From the NCBI GenBank assembly GCA_963822445.1, contig CAWGHO010000001.1, positions 896,001-960,000 of the forward strand: a DNA stretch of 64,000 bases, read 5' to 3'. Of the stretch, positions 41,171 to 50,604 are shown in pieces; positions within the stretch are counted from its first letter, which is position 1, and every line of letters starts with the position of its first letter. Under the pieces are notes generated by a model. It was not told the origin of the DNA, made no database searches, and saw only the letters and a program-made list of their open reading frames with translations. A program made the position numbers and the translations under genes. The stretch comes from an uncultured Acidobacteriota bacterium. Its GTDB lineage: Bacteria > Acidobacteriota > Thermoanaerobaculia > Gp7-AA8.

Positions 41171-41578
41171 ATGCGCGCGAGTCCTGCGAATTCGTTCAAT
41201 TCCGACATCAACGTCACACCACTGGTCGATGTCTGCCTCGTTCTTCTCATCATCTTCATGGTCGTACTGCCGGCGCTGGTGAACGGCGTTCCTGTAAACC
41301 TTCCCGAAACGTCGAGCAAGACCGCTCCGGACGATCGCCTGATCCAGGTGACAGTGAAAGAAGACCTGACCGTCTATATCGACACGCTCGCCATCCGCCG
41401 CGAGGAGGTCCCGGGAGCTCTGGAACGGCTGCGCCTCTCTGCCGCGAACCGTCCGATCGGCGTCCGCGCCGACAAACGGGTCCCGTATGGCGAGGTTCTG
41501 GGTGTACTCGATGCCTGCAGGAAGGCGGGGTGGGCGGACGTGACGCTGATCGCGCAACAGCGCTCCGGTAGCAGCTAA
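41171..41578 (+). CDS. ExbD/TolR family protein
   Basis: 'DINVTPLVDVCLVLLIIFMV', 'VNLP', 'RADKRVPYGEV'. Confidence 0.92.
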   Translation: MRASPANSFNSDINVTPLVDVCLVLLIIFMVVLPALVNGVPVNLPETSSKTAPDDRLIQVTVKEDLTVYIDTLAIRREEVPGALERLRLSAANRPIGVRADKRVPYGEVLGVLDACRKAGWADVTLIAQQRSGSS

Positions 41579-41590
41579 ACTGCTCCGGTT

Positions 41591-43393
41591 ATGCAACCTG
41601 GCGACTCTCTCGACGGCCGGTACACGATCATCGGCCAGCTCGGCGCGGGCGGGATGGGCGAGGTCTACAAGGCCACGCACAACTTCCTCGGCGCCACGCG
41701 CGTCATCAAGATCATCCATCCCCACATCTCCGGACGGCAGGACGCGCACGAGCGCTTCCTCCGCGAGGCGCGCATCGCGACCAAAGTCCAGCATCCCAAC
41801 GTGGCCACGCTGCACGACTTCGCGTCGCTTTCCGACGGCTCGCATTACATGGTCTGGGAGTTCATCGACGGGGAGAACCTCGCCCAGCGCCTCCGCACGC
41901 GCGGGACGCTGCCGCCGCGGCAGGCCGTGCGCATCGCCATCCAGTCCTTGCGCGGACTCGAAGCCATTCACGCCGCGGGAATCATTCATCGCGACATCAG
42001 CCCCGAAAATCTGATGATCACCGCCGACGACTCGGTCAAGATCATCGACCTCGGCGTAGCCAAGATGGACGATCCCGATGCCGTGTCGCAGACGCGCACG
42101 GGCATCTTCGTCGGCAAGCTCCGTTACGCCGCCCCCGAGCAGCTCGGTTTCCTTCCCGAGGACGAGAAAATCGACGGCCGCACCGATCTGTACGCGATGG
42201 CCATGGTCCTCGTGGAATTGCTGACGGGACGGCCGCCGTACGAGGCCAAGTCGCCGCACGAGTACTTCCTCCATCACGCTCGCGAAGTGCAGCGGACGAC
42301 GGTCTCACTGCCGCCGACGCTGCCCGGCAGCAGCGCGCTGGTCGCCGTTCTCGAAAAAGCGCTGGAGCGCGATCGCAAGGACCGTTTCGCCACCGCACGC
42401 GACTTCGCCGCGGCGCTCGAGGAAATCGAGAGGACGCTGCCCGTTGCCGTCGACACGCCGACGGTGATGACGCCGCTGGATACGCCGACGCTCGTCACGC
42501 CGCTCGACGGCGATGAAACGTTCAAGCAGCGTGCGACGAGACCGGGAACGACGTCGCAGAAGCCGATTCCTGTTGCTGCGCCGGCCACGGCGGCCGGCCT
42601 GACGCTCGCGTCGGGCGTTCCCACGATTCAGACGCCTCTGCCGGAGGCGTCCATACCGGTCGCCAGGCAGCGGTCGGGGATCAATCCGGCGTACGTCATC
42701 GGCTTCGTGGTGCTCCTGCTGATCCTCGCCGGCGGCGCGCTGGCGTACAAGATCACCTCGGCGAGGCCGACGATCGAGCCCGAACGGAAACCGGCGGCGA
42801 CTGTCGCGCAATCAAGACCGTCGCAATCGAGCATCACCGCGACACCGGATCCGATCATCACCGCGACCACCGCCACGACCGCGCCGGCGAATCAGATCGT
42901 GCCGCCTTCGCCGACACTCACCGCGACGATCGCGCCTCCCATCGTGGCGCCTCGCATCGTCAAGAACGAGCCGCGCGCGGAGGACCTGCGAAAACCCGAG
43001 CCTGAGCCGGAGCCTGCCCGCGTTCGCAGCGTGAGTGTGTACGTCGACGGCCCCGGCAGCGTCGGCGCCAACGAACGCGCGCTCGCGCGGCTGGGCCAGG
43101 AGCTCCGTGGCGTGACGAAGGTCGCGCTTCACGCAGGCGCGTTGCAGGTGCAGGTGTACCGCGCGATTCATCGCTATCTGCCGGACCTCGAGTTCGACGA
43201 AGAAAGCGACGTGGTGATCACGTTCGACAGCACGCCGCAACGGCTGAGCCTCGACAAGAACGAGATCTCCGCGCGCGTCACGATCGAAAAAGCCGGCCGG
43301 GTGATCTTCCGCTACGAGCTGCCGCGGCACTACGACCGCAGCGCGGCACCGGACGCGTTCGCACGGACGCTGGCCGAGGCTTTCGGTAACTAG
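41591..43393 (+). CDS. Hanks-type membrane Ser/Thr protein kinase
   Basis: 'LGAGGMGEVY', 'VIK', 'HRDISPENL', 'DLG', 'YAAPEQ'; TM near aa 370; Pro/Thr-rich linkers; unknown extracellular domain. Confidence 0.93.
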   Translation: MQPGDSLDGRYTIIGQLGAGGMGEVYKATHNFLGATRVIKIIHPHISGRQDAHERFLREARIATKVQHPNVATLHDFASLSDGSHYMVWEFIDGENLAQRLRTRGTLPPRQAVRIAIQSLRGLEAIHAAGIIHRDISPENLMITADDSVKIIDLGVAKMDDPDAVSQTRTGIFVGKLRYAAPEQLGFLPEDEKIDGRTDLYAMAMVLVELLTGRPPYEAKSPHEYFLHHAREVQRTTVSLPPTLPGSSALVAVLEKALERDRKDRFATARDFAAALEEIERTLPVAVDTPTVMTPLDTPTLVTPLDGDETFKQRATRPGTTSQKPIPVAAPATAAGLTLASGVPTIQTPLPEASIPVARQRSGINPAYVIGFVVLLLILAGGALAYKITSARPTIEPERKPAATVAQSRPSQSSITATPDPIITATTATTAPANQIVPPSPTLTATIAPPIVAPRIVKNEPRAEDLRKPEPEPEPARVRSVSVYVDGPGSVGANERALARLGQELRGVTKVALHAGALQVQVYRAIHRYLPDLEFDEESDVVITFDSTPQRLSLDKNEISARVTIEKAGRVIFRYELPRHYDRSAAPDAFARTLAEAFGN

Positions 43394-43452
43394 CGGCAAA
43401 CTTGTCGTGACGCACCTTCCCGCCGCGCGTCTCGTGGCGCACCTTGGTCCTC

Positions 43453-43935
43453 ATGAAGACGTTCGCCATCGCCCTGCTGCTGGCCACCAACCCGAACATC
43501 GACATGGAGCGCTACCTGAAGCTCTCGACCGAAGCCGCGGCGCATCGCCAGCGGCGCCGCGTCAGCGAGGCGGACTTCCTGCGCATGAGTGCGGAGCCGG
43601 GGACGGTGGTTCTCGATGCGCGAAGCCGCGCAAAATTCGAAGAGCTTCACGTCGACGGAGCGGCCAATCTCAGCTTCCCGGACTTCAACGCGACGAGCCT
43701 CGCGGCGCTCCTTCCCTCGAAGAAAACGCGCGTGCTGATCTACTGCAACAACAACTTCAGCGGAAATGAGAGCGCGTTCGCGACGAAAGCACCGCCCGCT
43801 TCCCTGAACCTCTCCACGTACATTGCGCTCTACACCTACGGATACAGAAACGTGTACGAGCTCGCGCCGCTCCTCGACGTGAAGACGACCAGGCTGAGGC
43901 TCGTCTCGCGGCAGGCGAATAACGCCGCTCCGTGA
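43453..43935 (+). CDS. Rhodanese-like domain protein
   Basis: 'VVLDARS...F...HVDGA.NL', 'VLIYCNNNF', 'YGYRNVYEL'. Confidence 0.85.
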   Translation: MKTFAIALLLATNPNIDMERYLKLSTEAAAHRQRRRVSEADFLRMSAEPGTVVLDARSRAKFEELHVDGAANLSFPDFNATSLAALLPSKKTRVLIYCNNNFSGNESAFATKAPPASLNLSTYIALYTYGYRNVYELAPLLDVKTTRLRLVSRQANNAAP

Positions 43936-43951
43936 GGCGTTTCAACGCGCG

Positions 43952-44338
43952 ATGGTTCTTCAGGCTCTCAAGTACGGCTGGCGTAAACGTTGCCCTCGCT
44001 GCGGCGAAGGTCCGCTCTACAGCCGCGGCCTGAAGCTGCACGATCGCTGTTCGGCCTGCCAGATGCGCCTGCAGCGGAACCACGGCGATACGTGGATGTT
44101 CATGATCATCACCGATCGCATCCCCATGCTCGGCGGCATCGCCGCGGTCTACTTCGGGTTCCAGCCCGACAACTGGCTGCTCGTGGTCGGGTTCTTCCTG
44201 GCCATGGCCGCGCCGCTGCTGGCGACGCTGCGCGAGCGCAAAGGCCTCGCGCTCGCGCTCGACTACCTGGTGCGGGTGTACATGCCGGACCCGTCCGACG
44301 AGCTGCACGGCGGGCGCGAGTACGTTCGTCAGGCTTAG
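43952..44338 (+). CDS. DUF983 family membrane protein
   Basis: 'CPRCGEGPLY......C..C' followed by two TMs and 'KG'. Confidence 0.85.
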   Translation: MVLQALKYGWRKRCPRCGEGPLYSRGLKLHDRCSACQMRLQRNHGDTWMFMIITDRIPMLGGIAAVYFGFQPDNWLLVVGFFLAMAAPLLATLRERKGLALALDYLVRVYMPDPSDELHGGREYVRQA

Positions 44339-44380
44339 ACACACCGGGAGGCCTCCGGACATCTGAGCCTTCCTGTCAAG

Positions 44381-45045
44381 TCAGGGAGCAGCTGTGGCGA
44401 GGGTTGAGCCTCGGGTGGCGAGCTGCCGCAGATAGAGAGCTTCGTCGTAGACGGTGCGATTGTTCCAGCAGGCGTAAAGGACGCGGATCCAGCGGTAAGC
44501 GAGCGTGCGGATAGCCTCGTGGTGGCTGTGTCCGCGCGCGCGTTGCTGCTTGTAGAAGGCTCGAGCCCATTCGGACTGACCGATCGACACGCGGGCGTAC
44601 TCATGGAACGTCTGACGCAGGAACTTCGGACAGGCCCAGCGCATGTGCACGACCGCCGTTTTGCCGCTCCGGCGGAGAACCGGGGCGATGCCGCTTCGGG
44701 TGGCGACGTTGACGGCGCTGCCGAAGCGCTTGCGATCGGTCCCGAAGGCGGCGGCGAGCCGCGGCGCGAGCTGTTGGCCGGCGCCAGGGAAGCTCGCGAA
44801 GATCGACGCGTCCTGGTGGGCGGCGAACGCCGCCGAGATCTTCTGGTCGTACGTGGCGATGCTCGTGTTGAGGGCCCGGATCTGCGCAACCTCGCTTCCG
44901 ATCAGCAGCACGGCAGCGTCAGTGGTGACCTGGTCGTCGTGGAACGCGACCTCTGAACGGATCTCGGCGAGCCTCTGGTCGATCCACGCGGCCGCGTGAT
45001 GATGACCCGCATAGAACCTCCGTATCGCGGACGGCCGAGCCCTTT
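44381..45045 (-). pseudogene. IS110 transposase C-terminal fragment lacking the DEDD/RuvC domain
   Basis: 'SFPGAG..LAPRL', 'SGIAPV.RRSGK', 'CPKFLRQTF', 'AIRTLAYRW.R.L..CW'; 5' boundary approximate. Confidence 0.85.
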
Positions 45046-45050
45046 GGATG

Positions 45051-45407
45051 GATCGCAAGCGCTTCGGCAGCGCCGTCAACGTCGCCACCCGAAGCGGCAT
45101 CGCCCCGGTTCTCCGCCGGAGCGGCAAAACGGCGGTCGTGCACATGCGCTGGGCCTGTCCGAAGTTCCTGCGTCAGACGTTCCATGAGTACGCGCGAGTC
45201 TCGATCGGTCAGTCGGTATGGGCTCAAGCGTTTTACAAGCAGCAACGCCTGCGCGGACATAGCCACCACCAAGCCATCCGCACGCTCGCCTACCGCTGGA
45301 TCCGCGTCCTTTACGCCTGCTGGAACAACCGCACCGTCTACGACGAAGCTCTCTATCTGCGGCAGCTCGCCACGCGAGGCCCAACCCTCGCCACAGCTGC
45401 TCCCTGA
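45051..45407 (+). pseudogene. Second, shorter IS110 transposase C-terminal fragment
   Basis: Same peptide as the last ~118 aa of the left fragment, with five substitutions. Confidence 0.85.
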
Positions 45408-45450
45408 CTTGACAGGAAGGCTCAGATGTCCGGAGGCCTCCCGGTGTGCT

Positions 45451-48400
45451 CTAGCTTTCGACCAGCCCGCGCAATTGCCGCAGCGTCACGGCCAACATCG
45501 CCAGATCCACGCTCGTCGCGGCGCGGAACTCGTTCATCGTCTGATCCACGCGCTCGACCAGACGCTGCCGGCTCGTCAGCCACAACTCCACAGGGTCCGC
45601 ACCTTTCGCGCCGTTCGTCTCGGTGATCACCCGTGACGCCAGCGAGCTCTGATAGGCAAACAGATCGTCGATCAGCGTCGTCAGTGCGGTCTTCTGCCAA
45701 GGCGTTTCCGCGGCGATGTTCGCGGTCGCGCTGCGCAGACGGTCCAGACTGAAACGCGCACCGACGCCGAAGTAGACCCGCGCCACTTCATCGACGCCGT
45801 GGCTCGCATCCGCGCGGGCGATGCGGATGATGTCCATCGCCGAGCTCATGATGTCCAGGCTGGCCACCCGACGCGCAAGCTCCTCGGGGATCCCATCCTC
45901 CATCAACTCCGCCTGGCGCACGCGAACGTTCGCGAGCAGGGAAGCCGGGAGAATCTGGACGAGATGATCCTGAATCGCGGCGATGCGGGGACGGAATTCG
46001 TTCACGTGCGCCGCGATGTCCAGCTTCTCGTACGGGCTGTGCAGCAGCCAGAGAATGGCCCGCTCCAGGAGGCGGGCGATGGCGATCATCATGTCGAGCT
46101 GCGCGGCCGCGGGCAGCTTCGTATCCAGCGCCTCGATCTCCGACCAGACCGTCCGCAGGTCGAACGAGTCGCGCATGATGATGAACGCGCGGGCGATGTC
46201 CGCCGGCGGCTTCGACGTCTCTTCGCACATCTGCCAGGCGAAGGTGGGGCGGACGCGGTTGATCATCGCGTTCGTCACCACCGTGGCGATGATCTCGCGG
46301 CGCAGGCGATGCCGTTCGATCGCCGCGCGGAACCGCCCCTGCAGATCGTCCGGGAAGTAGAGAACTAGATCGCTGACGAGCTGCGGATCGTCGGGAAGAT
46401 CGGATTTGAGGAGGTCCTCGAACAGGACCATCTTCGCGTACGCGAGCAGGACGGCGATCTCGGGGCGGGTCAGGCCGAGGCCCTGTGTGTGGCGGTCGGC
46501 GATGGTCTCGTCGTCCGGCAGGCCTTCGATGGCTCGATCGAGCTTCCCCTGCTTCTCGAGGCCGCGCATGAAGCGGGCGTGTGCGTCGAGCTGAGTCTCG
46601 CTGAGGGTCTGGGTGATGGAGATGGCCTGGGTCTGCTCGTAGTTGTCGCGGAGGACGAGCCGGGCGACGTCGTCGGTCATCTCGGCGAGGATGCGGTTGC
46701 GCTCTTCGATGCCCGACAGCTCCGCGCGGGCGATCGCGTCGTTGAGGGCGATCTTGATGTTGACCTCATGATCGGATGTATCGACGCCGGCCGAGTTGTC
46801 GATCGCGTCGGTGTTGATCTTGCCGCCGGTGAGCGCGAACTCGATGCGGCCACGTTGGGTGAAGCCGAGATTCGCCCCCTCGCCCACCACTTTCACGCGC
46901 AGCTCGTCACCGTTGACGCGCAACGCGTCGTTGGAGCGGTCGCGAGCGGCGGCGTGATCTTCCCAGCTCGCCTTCACGTACGTTCCGATTCCGCCGAGCC
47001 AGAGCAGATCCGCGCGGGCAATCAGAATCGCGCGCATCAACTGCAGCGGCGTGACGTTCTTCTTCGGCAGATCGAACATCTTCTGCACTTCGTCGGAGAT
47101 GGTGATCGACTTCGCACTCCGCTCGTAGATCGCGCCTCCCGGTGAAAGCAGGGCGTTGTCGTAGCCGTTCCAGTTCAGGCGGTTATCGAACATCCGCCGG
47201 CGCTCGGCGAAGCTCGTCGCCGGGTCCGGATTCGGGTCGACGAAGATGTGCGAGTAGTTGAAGGCCGCGATGAGCTTGATGTGCGGCGAGAGCAGCATCG
47301 CGTTGCCGAACACGTCCCCGGCCATGTCGCCCACGCCCACGACCGTGAAATCCTCGGACTGCGTGTCCACGCCCAGCTCGCGGAAATGTCGCTTGACCGC
47401 TTCCCATCCGCCGCGCGCGGTGATGCCCATGCCCTTGTGGTCGTAACCGGCTGATCCGCCCGATGCGAATGCGTCACCGAGCCAGAAGCCGTACTCGGCG
47501 GAGATCGAGTTCGCGAGATCGGAGAACGTCGCCGTGCCCTTGTCGGCGGCAACGACGAGATAGGGATCGTCGGGATCGCGACGGACGACGTCGCGCGGCG
47601 GCACGAGCTCATCGCCGCGCAGGTTGTCGGTGATGTCGAGCATCCCGCGGAGCAGCGTCTTGTACGACTCGATGCCTTCCTGCTGGTACGCCGCGCGGTC
47701 GGTCGATGGATTCTTGACCACGAACCCGCCCTTCGAGCCGACCGGAACGATGACCACGTTCTTGACCTGCTGGGCCTTGACCAGTCCGAGAATCTCGGTG
47801 CGGAAGTCCTCGCGGCGATCGGACCAGCGGATGCCTCCGCGCGCGACCTTGCCGAAGCGCAGATGAATGCCTTCCATCCACGGCGCGTACACGAAGATCT
47901 CGAACATCGGCCGCGGCAGCGGCAGCTCCGGTACCTGCTGCGAGTCGAGCTTGAACGACACGTACAGCTTCCGCTCGCCGTTCTCGCCGCGCTGGAAGTA
48001 ATTCGTGCGCAGCGTGGCCTCGATGAGGCTGACGTAGAGCCGAAGAATCCGGTCTTCGTCCGGATTGGTCACGTGCTCGAGCGCGTCCTCGATCTGTGAG
48101 CGGATGCCCATCGACGCGCCTTTGCGTCCCAGGCCGGTGTCGCCGATGGCCGGATCGAAGTGGTTGTAGAAGAGCGCGACGAGATTCCGCGTGATCGCCG
48201 GATGCTTGGCGAGCGTCTGCTGGATGTAAGCCTCGCTGAGCGCGACGCCGACCTGGCGGAGGTACTTCGCGTACGCGCGCAGCAGGACCACTTCGTCCCA
48301 GGCCAGTTCCGCGCCGAGGACGAGACGATTGAATCCGTCGTTCTCCGCGTGACGTGTCCAGACCCGGATGAACGCGGCCTGGAACTTTTCCTTGATCGGC

Positions 48401-50283
48401 GTGAGATCGTCCTGCATGCCCTCCGCGTCGAGGCTGAAGTCGCGGATCCGCACCGGGAAAGGAGCGCCGTGCGGCAGAACTTCGTACGGAACCTCGGCCA
48501 GCACCTTGAGGCCCATGTTCTCGAGGCGCGGCATGATCTCGGACAGCGGCACCGGCGCGCCGGCGTGAATGATCTTGCAGTGGAACTGCCGCGTGTCACT
48601 GCGATGACGATAGAGATCGACGACGAGCTCCCCCGTCGCCAGCACATGCTCGATGTGTTTGATGTCGTACAGCGCCGCTTCGGCCGTGAAGCGCTCCGCG
48701 TACGCCATCGGGAACGCTTTCATGTAGCGGTGGTGCAGGTCGATACCGACTTCCTCGCCGTGCGACTGCACGAGGGCTTCGAGCAGGCGGTCGGTCCATG
48801 TGCGCGCGACTTCGCCGAGGATTGCTTCGACGCGGCGGATGTCGACGTCGGGAATCGCGCCGGCGGTCGTGCGGACTACGAACAAGCCTCGCGCGAGCGC
48901 TGAGCCGGTGATGGTGTCGTAAATCTGTGTATCGCGGCCGTTGAATGCTTCTTCGAGCACGACCTTCGCCCGTTCTTTGAACTCGGCGGTGTATCGATCG
49001 CGCGGAACAAAGACGTAGCAGGAGACGAAACGCTCGAAGACGTCCTTGCGCGTAAACAGCGCGACGCGCTGGCGCTCCTGCAACAGGAGGATGCCGCGGG
49101 CGATGTCGAAGAGGTCTTCGTCGGTGATCTGGAAGAACTCGTCGCGGGGAAAGTTCTCGAGGATGTCGATCAGGGCCTTGCCGTTGTGCGAATGCGGCTC
49201 GAGACCGGACCGGTCGAAGACGCGCTTCGCTTTCAACCGCAGCATCGGGATCTCGCGAACGCTGCGGTTGTACGCGGCCGAGGTGAAGATGCCGAGGAAG
49301 CGATCTTCGGCGATGAGGTTGCCGTTCACGTCGTAGCGCTTCACGCCGATGCGATCCATCGGCACCGCGCGATGGACGACACTTCGGCTGTTGGCCTTGG
49401 TGATGATGATCAGATCTTTGGTGCGCGCGTAGTCGCTGAATTCTTTCGACAGCGGCTGCTTGCCGCGCTCGATCGACTCCGGACGCGTCTCGCGGAGGAT
49501 GCCCAGGCCCGTTTCAGGCTGGGCGATCAGATAGTCCTTGCCGTCGCGCGTTTCGAATCCGTAGCGGCGGTGTCCGAGGAAGACGAAATTGCCGTCGTCG
49601 AGCCATTTGAGGAACTCGCGCGCTTCGGTCACTTCCTCCGCGGGCATGGGCAGCACCGCGCCTTCGAGGTTGGCGATCTCCGCGGCGAGTGCGGCGCGCA
49701 TCGGACGCCAGTCGGTGACGGCGAGACGAACCTGCCCGAGGATGCGCTCGATCGACGTGCGGATCGACTCGAGCTCGGCGGGCTCGGTCTCCTGATCGAT
49801 CTCTATGTGCATGTACGACTCGACCACGGCATCCGCGGGAGCGTGGAGCGTGTCGGTGATCTCGACGCGGTTGCCGCTCTCATCGCGACGCGCGCGGATC
49901 AGCGGGTGCAGCAGAAGGTGGATCTTGCGCTCGCGGCGGTTGATCTCCGCGGTCACGGAGTCGACGAGGAAAGGCATGTCGTCGTTGACGATCTCGACGA
50001 CGGTGTGCTCGAGGCCCCAGCCGTTCTTTTCGATGTTCGGATTGAACAGGCGGACCTTGGCGGTGCCGGGAGTGCGCTGCGCGCCGTACTCCCAGAGCGA
50101 GAGCGCCCCGCCGATGAGCGTGTCGAAGGAGGTGTAGATGACGTCGTCGGGAGCGACGTGTGCGAAATAACGGCGGACGAAGTGCTCCGCGCTCTGCCCC
50201 TGCTCGGGGGGAACGCGCTTTCTCGCCTCGGCCGCAAGCCGGTCGACGAGATCGACCTGGCGTTGTTCTGCGGTGATGGTCAT
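45451..50283 (-). CDS. Large NAD-specific glutamate dehydrogenase (GDH2, about 1610 aa)
   Basis: 'EGIHLRFGKVARGGIRWSDR.EDFRTE', 'DPYLVVAADKGTATFSD', 'GYDHK.MGITARG', 'GEGANLG', 'DNSAGV..SDHEVN'. Confidence 0.96.
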   Translation of the reverse strand: MTITAEQRQVDLVDRLAAEARKRVPPEQGQSAEHFVRRYFAHVAPDDVIYTSFDTLIGGALSLWEYGAQRTPGTAKVRLFNPNIEKNGWGLEHTVVEIVNDDMPFLVDSVTAEINRRERKIHLLLHPLIRARRDESGNRVEITDTLHAPADAVVESYMHIEIDQETEPAELESIRTSIERILGQVRLAVTDWRPMRAALAAEIANLEGAVLPMPAEEVTEAREFLKWLDDGNFVFLGHRRYGFETRDGKDYLIAQPETGLGILRETRPESIERGKQPLSKEFSDYARTKDLIIITKANSRSVVHRAVPMDRIGVKRYDVNGNLIAEDRFLGIFTSAAYNRSVREIPMLRLKAKRVFDRSGLEPHSHNGKALIDILENFPRDEFFQITDEDLFDIARGILLLQERQRVALFTRKDVFERFVSCYVFVPRDRYTAEFKERAKVVLEEAFNGRDTQIYDTITGSALARGLFVVRTTAGAIPDVDIRRVEAILGEVARTWTDRLLEALVQSHGEEVGIDLHHRYMKAFPMAYAERFTAEAALYDIKHIEHVLATGELVVDLYRHRSDTRQFHCKIIHAGAPVPLSEIMPRLENMGLKVLAEVPYEVLPHGAPFPVRIRDFSLDAEGMQDDLTPIKEKFQAAFIRVWTRHAENDGFNRLVLGAELAWDEVVLLRAYAKYLRQVGVALSEAYIQQTLAKHPAITRNLVALFYNHFDPAIGDTGLGRKGASMGIRSQIEDALEHVTNPDEDRILRLYVSLIEATLRTNYFQRGENGERKLYVSFKLDSQQVPELPLPRPMFEIFVYAPWMEGIHLRFGKVARGGIRWSDRREDFRTEILGLVKAQQVKNVVIVPVGSKGGFVVKNPSTDRAAYQQEGIESYKTLLRGMLDITDNLRGDELVPPRDVVRRDPDDPYLVVAADKGTATFSDLANSISAEYGFWLGDAFASGGSAGYDHKGMGITARGGWEAVKRHFRELGVDTQSEDFTVVGVGDMAGDVFGNAMLLSPHIKLIAAFNYSHIFVDPNPDPATSFAERRRMFDNRLNWNGYDNALLSPGGAIYERSAKSITISDEVQKMFDLPKKNVTPLQLMRAILIARADLLWLGGIGTYVKASWEDHAAARDRSNDALRVNGDELRVKVVGEGANLGFTQRGRIEFALTGGKINTDAIDNSAGVDTSDHEVNIKIALNDAIARAELSGIEERNRILAEMTDDVARLVLRDNYEQTQAISITQTLSETQLDAHARFMRGLEKQGKLDRAIEGLPDDETIADRHTQGLGLTRPEIAVLLAYAKMVLFEDLLKSDLPDDPQLVSDLVLYFPDDLQGRFRAAIERHRLRREIIATVVTNAMINRVRPTFAWQMCEETSKPPADIARAFIIMRDSFDLRTVWSEIEALDTKLPAAAQLDMMIAIARLLERAILWLLHSPYEKLDIAAHVNEFRPRIAAIQDHLVQILPASLLANVRVRQAELMEDGIPEELARRVASLDIMSSAMDIIRIARADASHGVDEVARVYFGVGARFSLDRLRSATANIAAETPWQKTALTTLIDDLFAYQSSLASRVITETNGAKGADPVELWLTSRQRLVERVDQTMNEFRAATSVDLAMLAVTLRQLRGLVES

Positions 50284-50604
50284 GGCGGGCGATTGAATAT
50301 CACAGTCCGGAGGGTCCGGCACGCGATCGTAACCTCTGCCGGAGGGGCGCGCCGCTAGGCTTTCGGGCCATGCTCCGGCCGGTGCGAACGATCCTCTGCC
50401 TCGTCCTGCTCGCGTTCCCGAATCTGGTTCTCTGCTGATCCCGGGACACGGCGCGCCGATGGCCCGCACGCAGTTCGGCGCCTACCGCCGGGCCTTCGAC
50501 GCGCTACTCGATTGCACCGCGGAATGCACGGACGGTTGGATCCGCGACGTTCGACCGTTGATGCCGGATTTCGACGCGGCCTTCACGCGGACGCTGATGG
50601 CGTA

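Larger units (their letters stand above)
44340..45448. mobile_element. Fold-back IS110-family remnant: two right-end fragments in inverted orientation
   Basis: 398 bp inverted arms at 44340-44737 and 45051-45448 with scattered substitutions. Confidence 0.85.
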
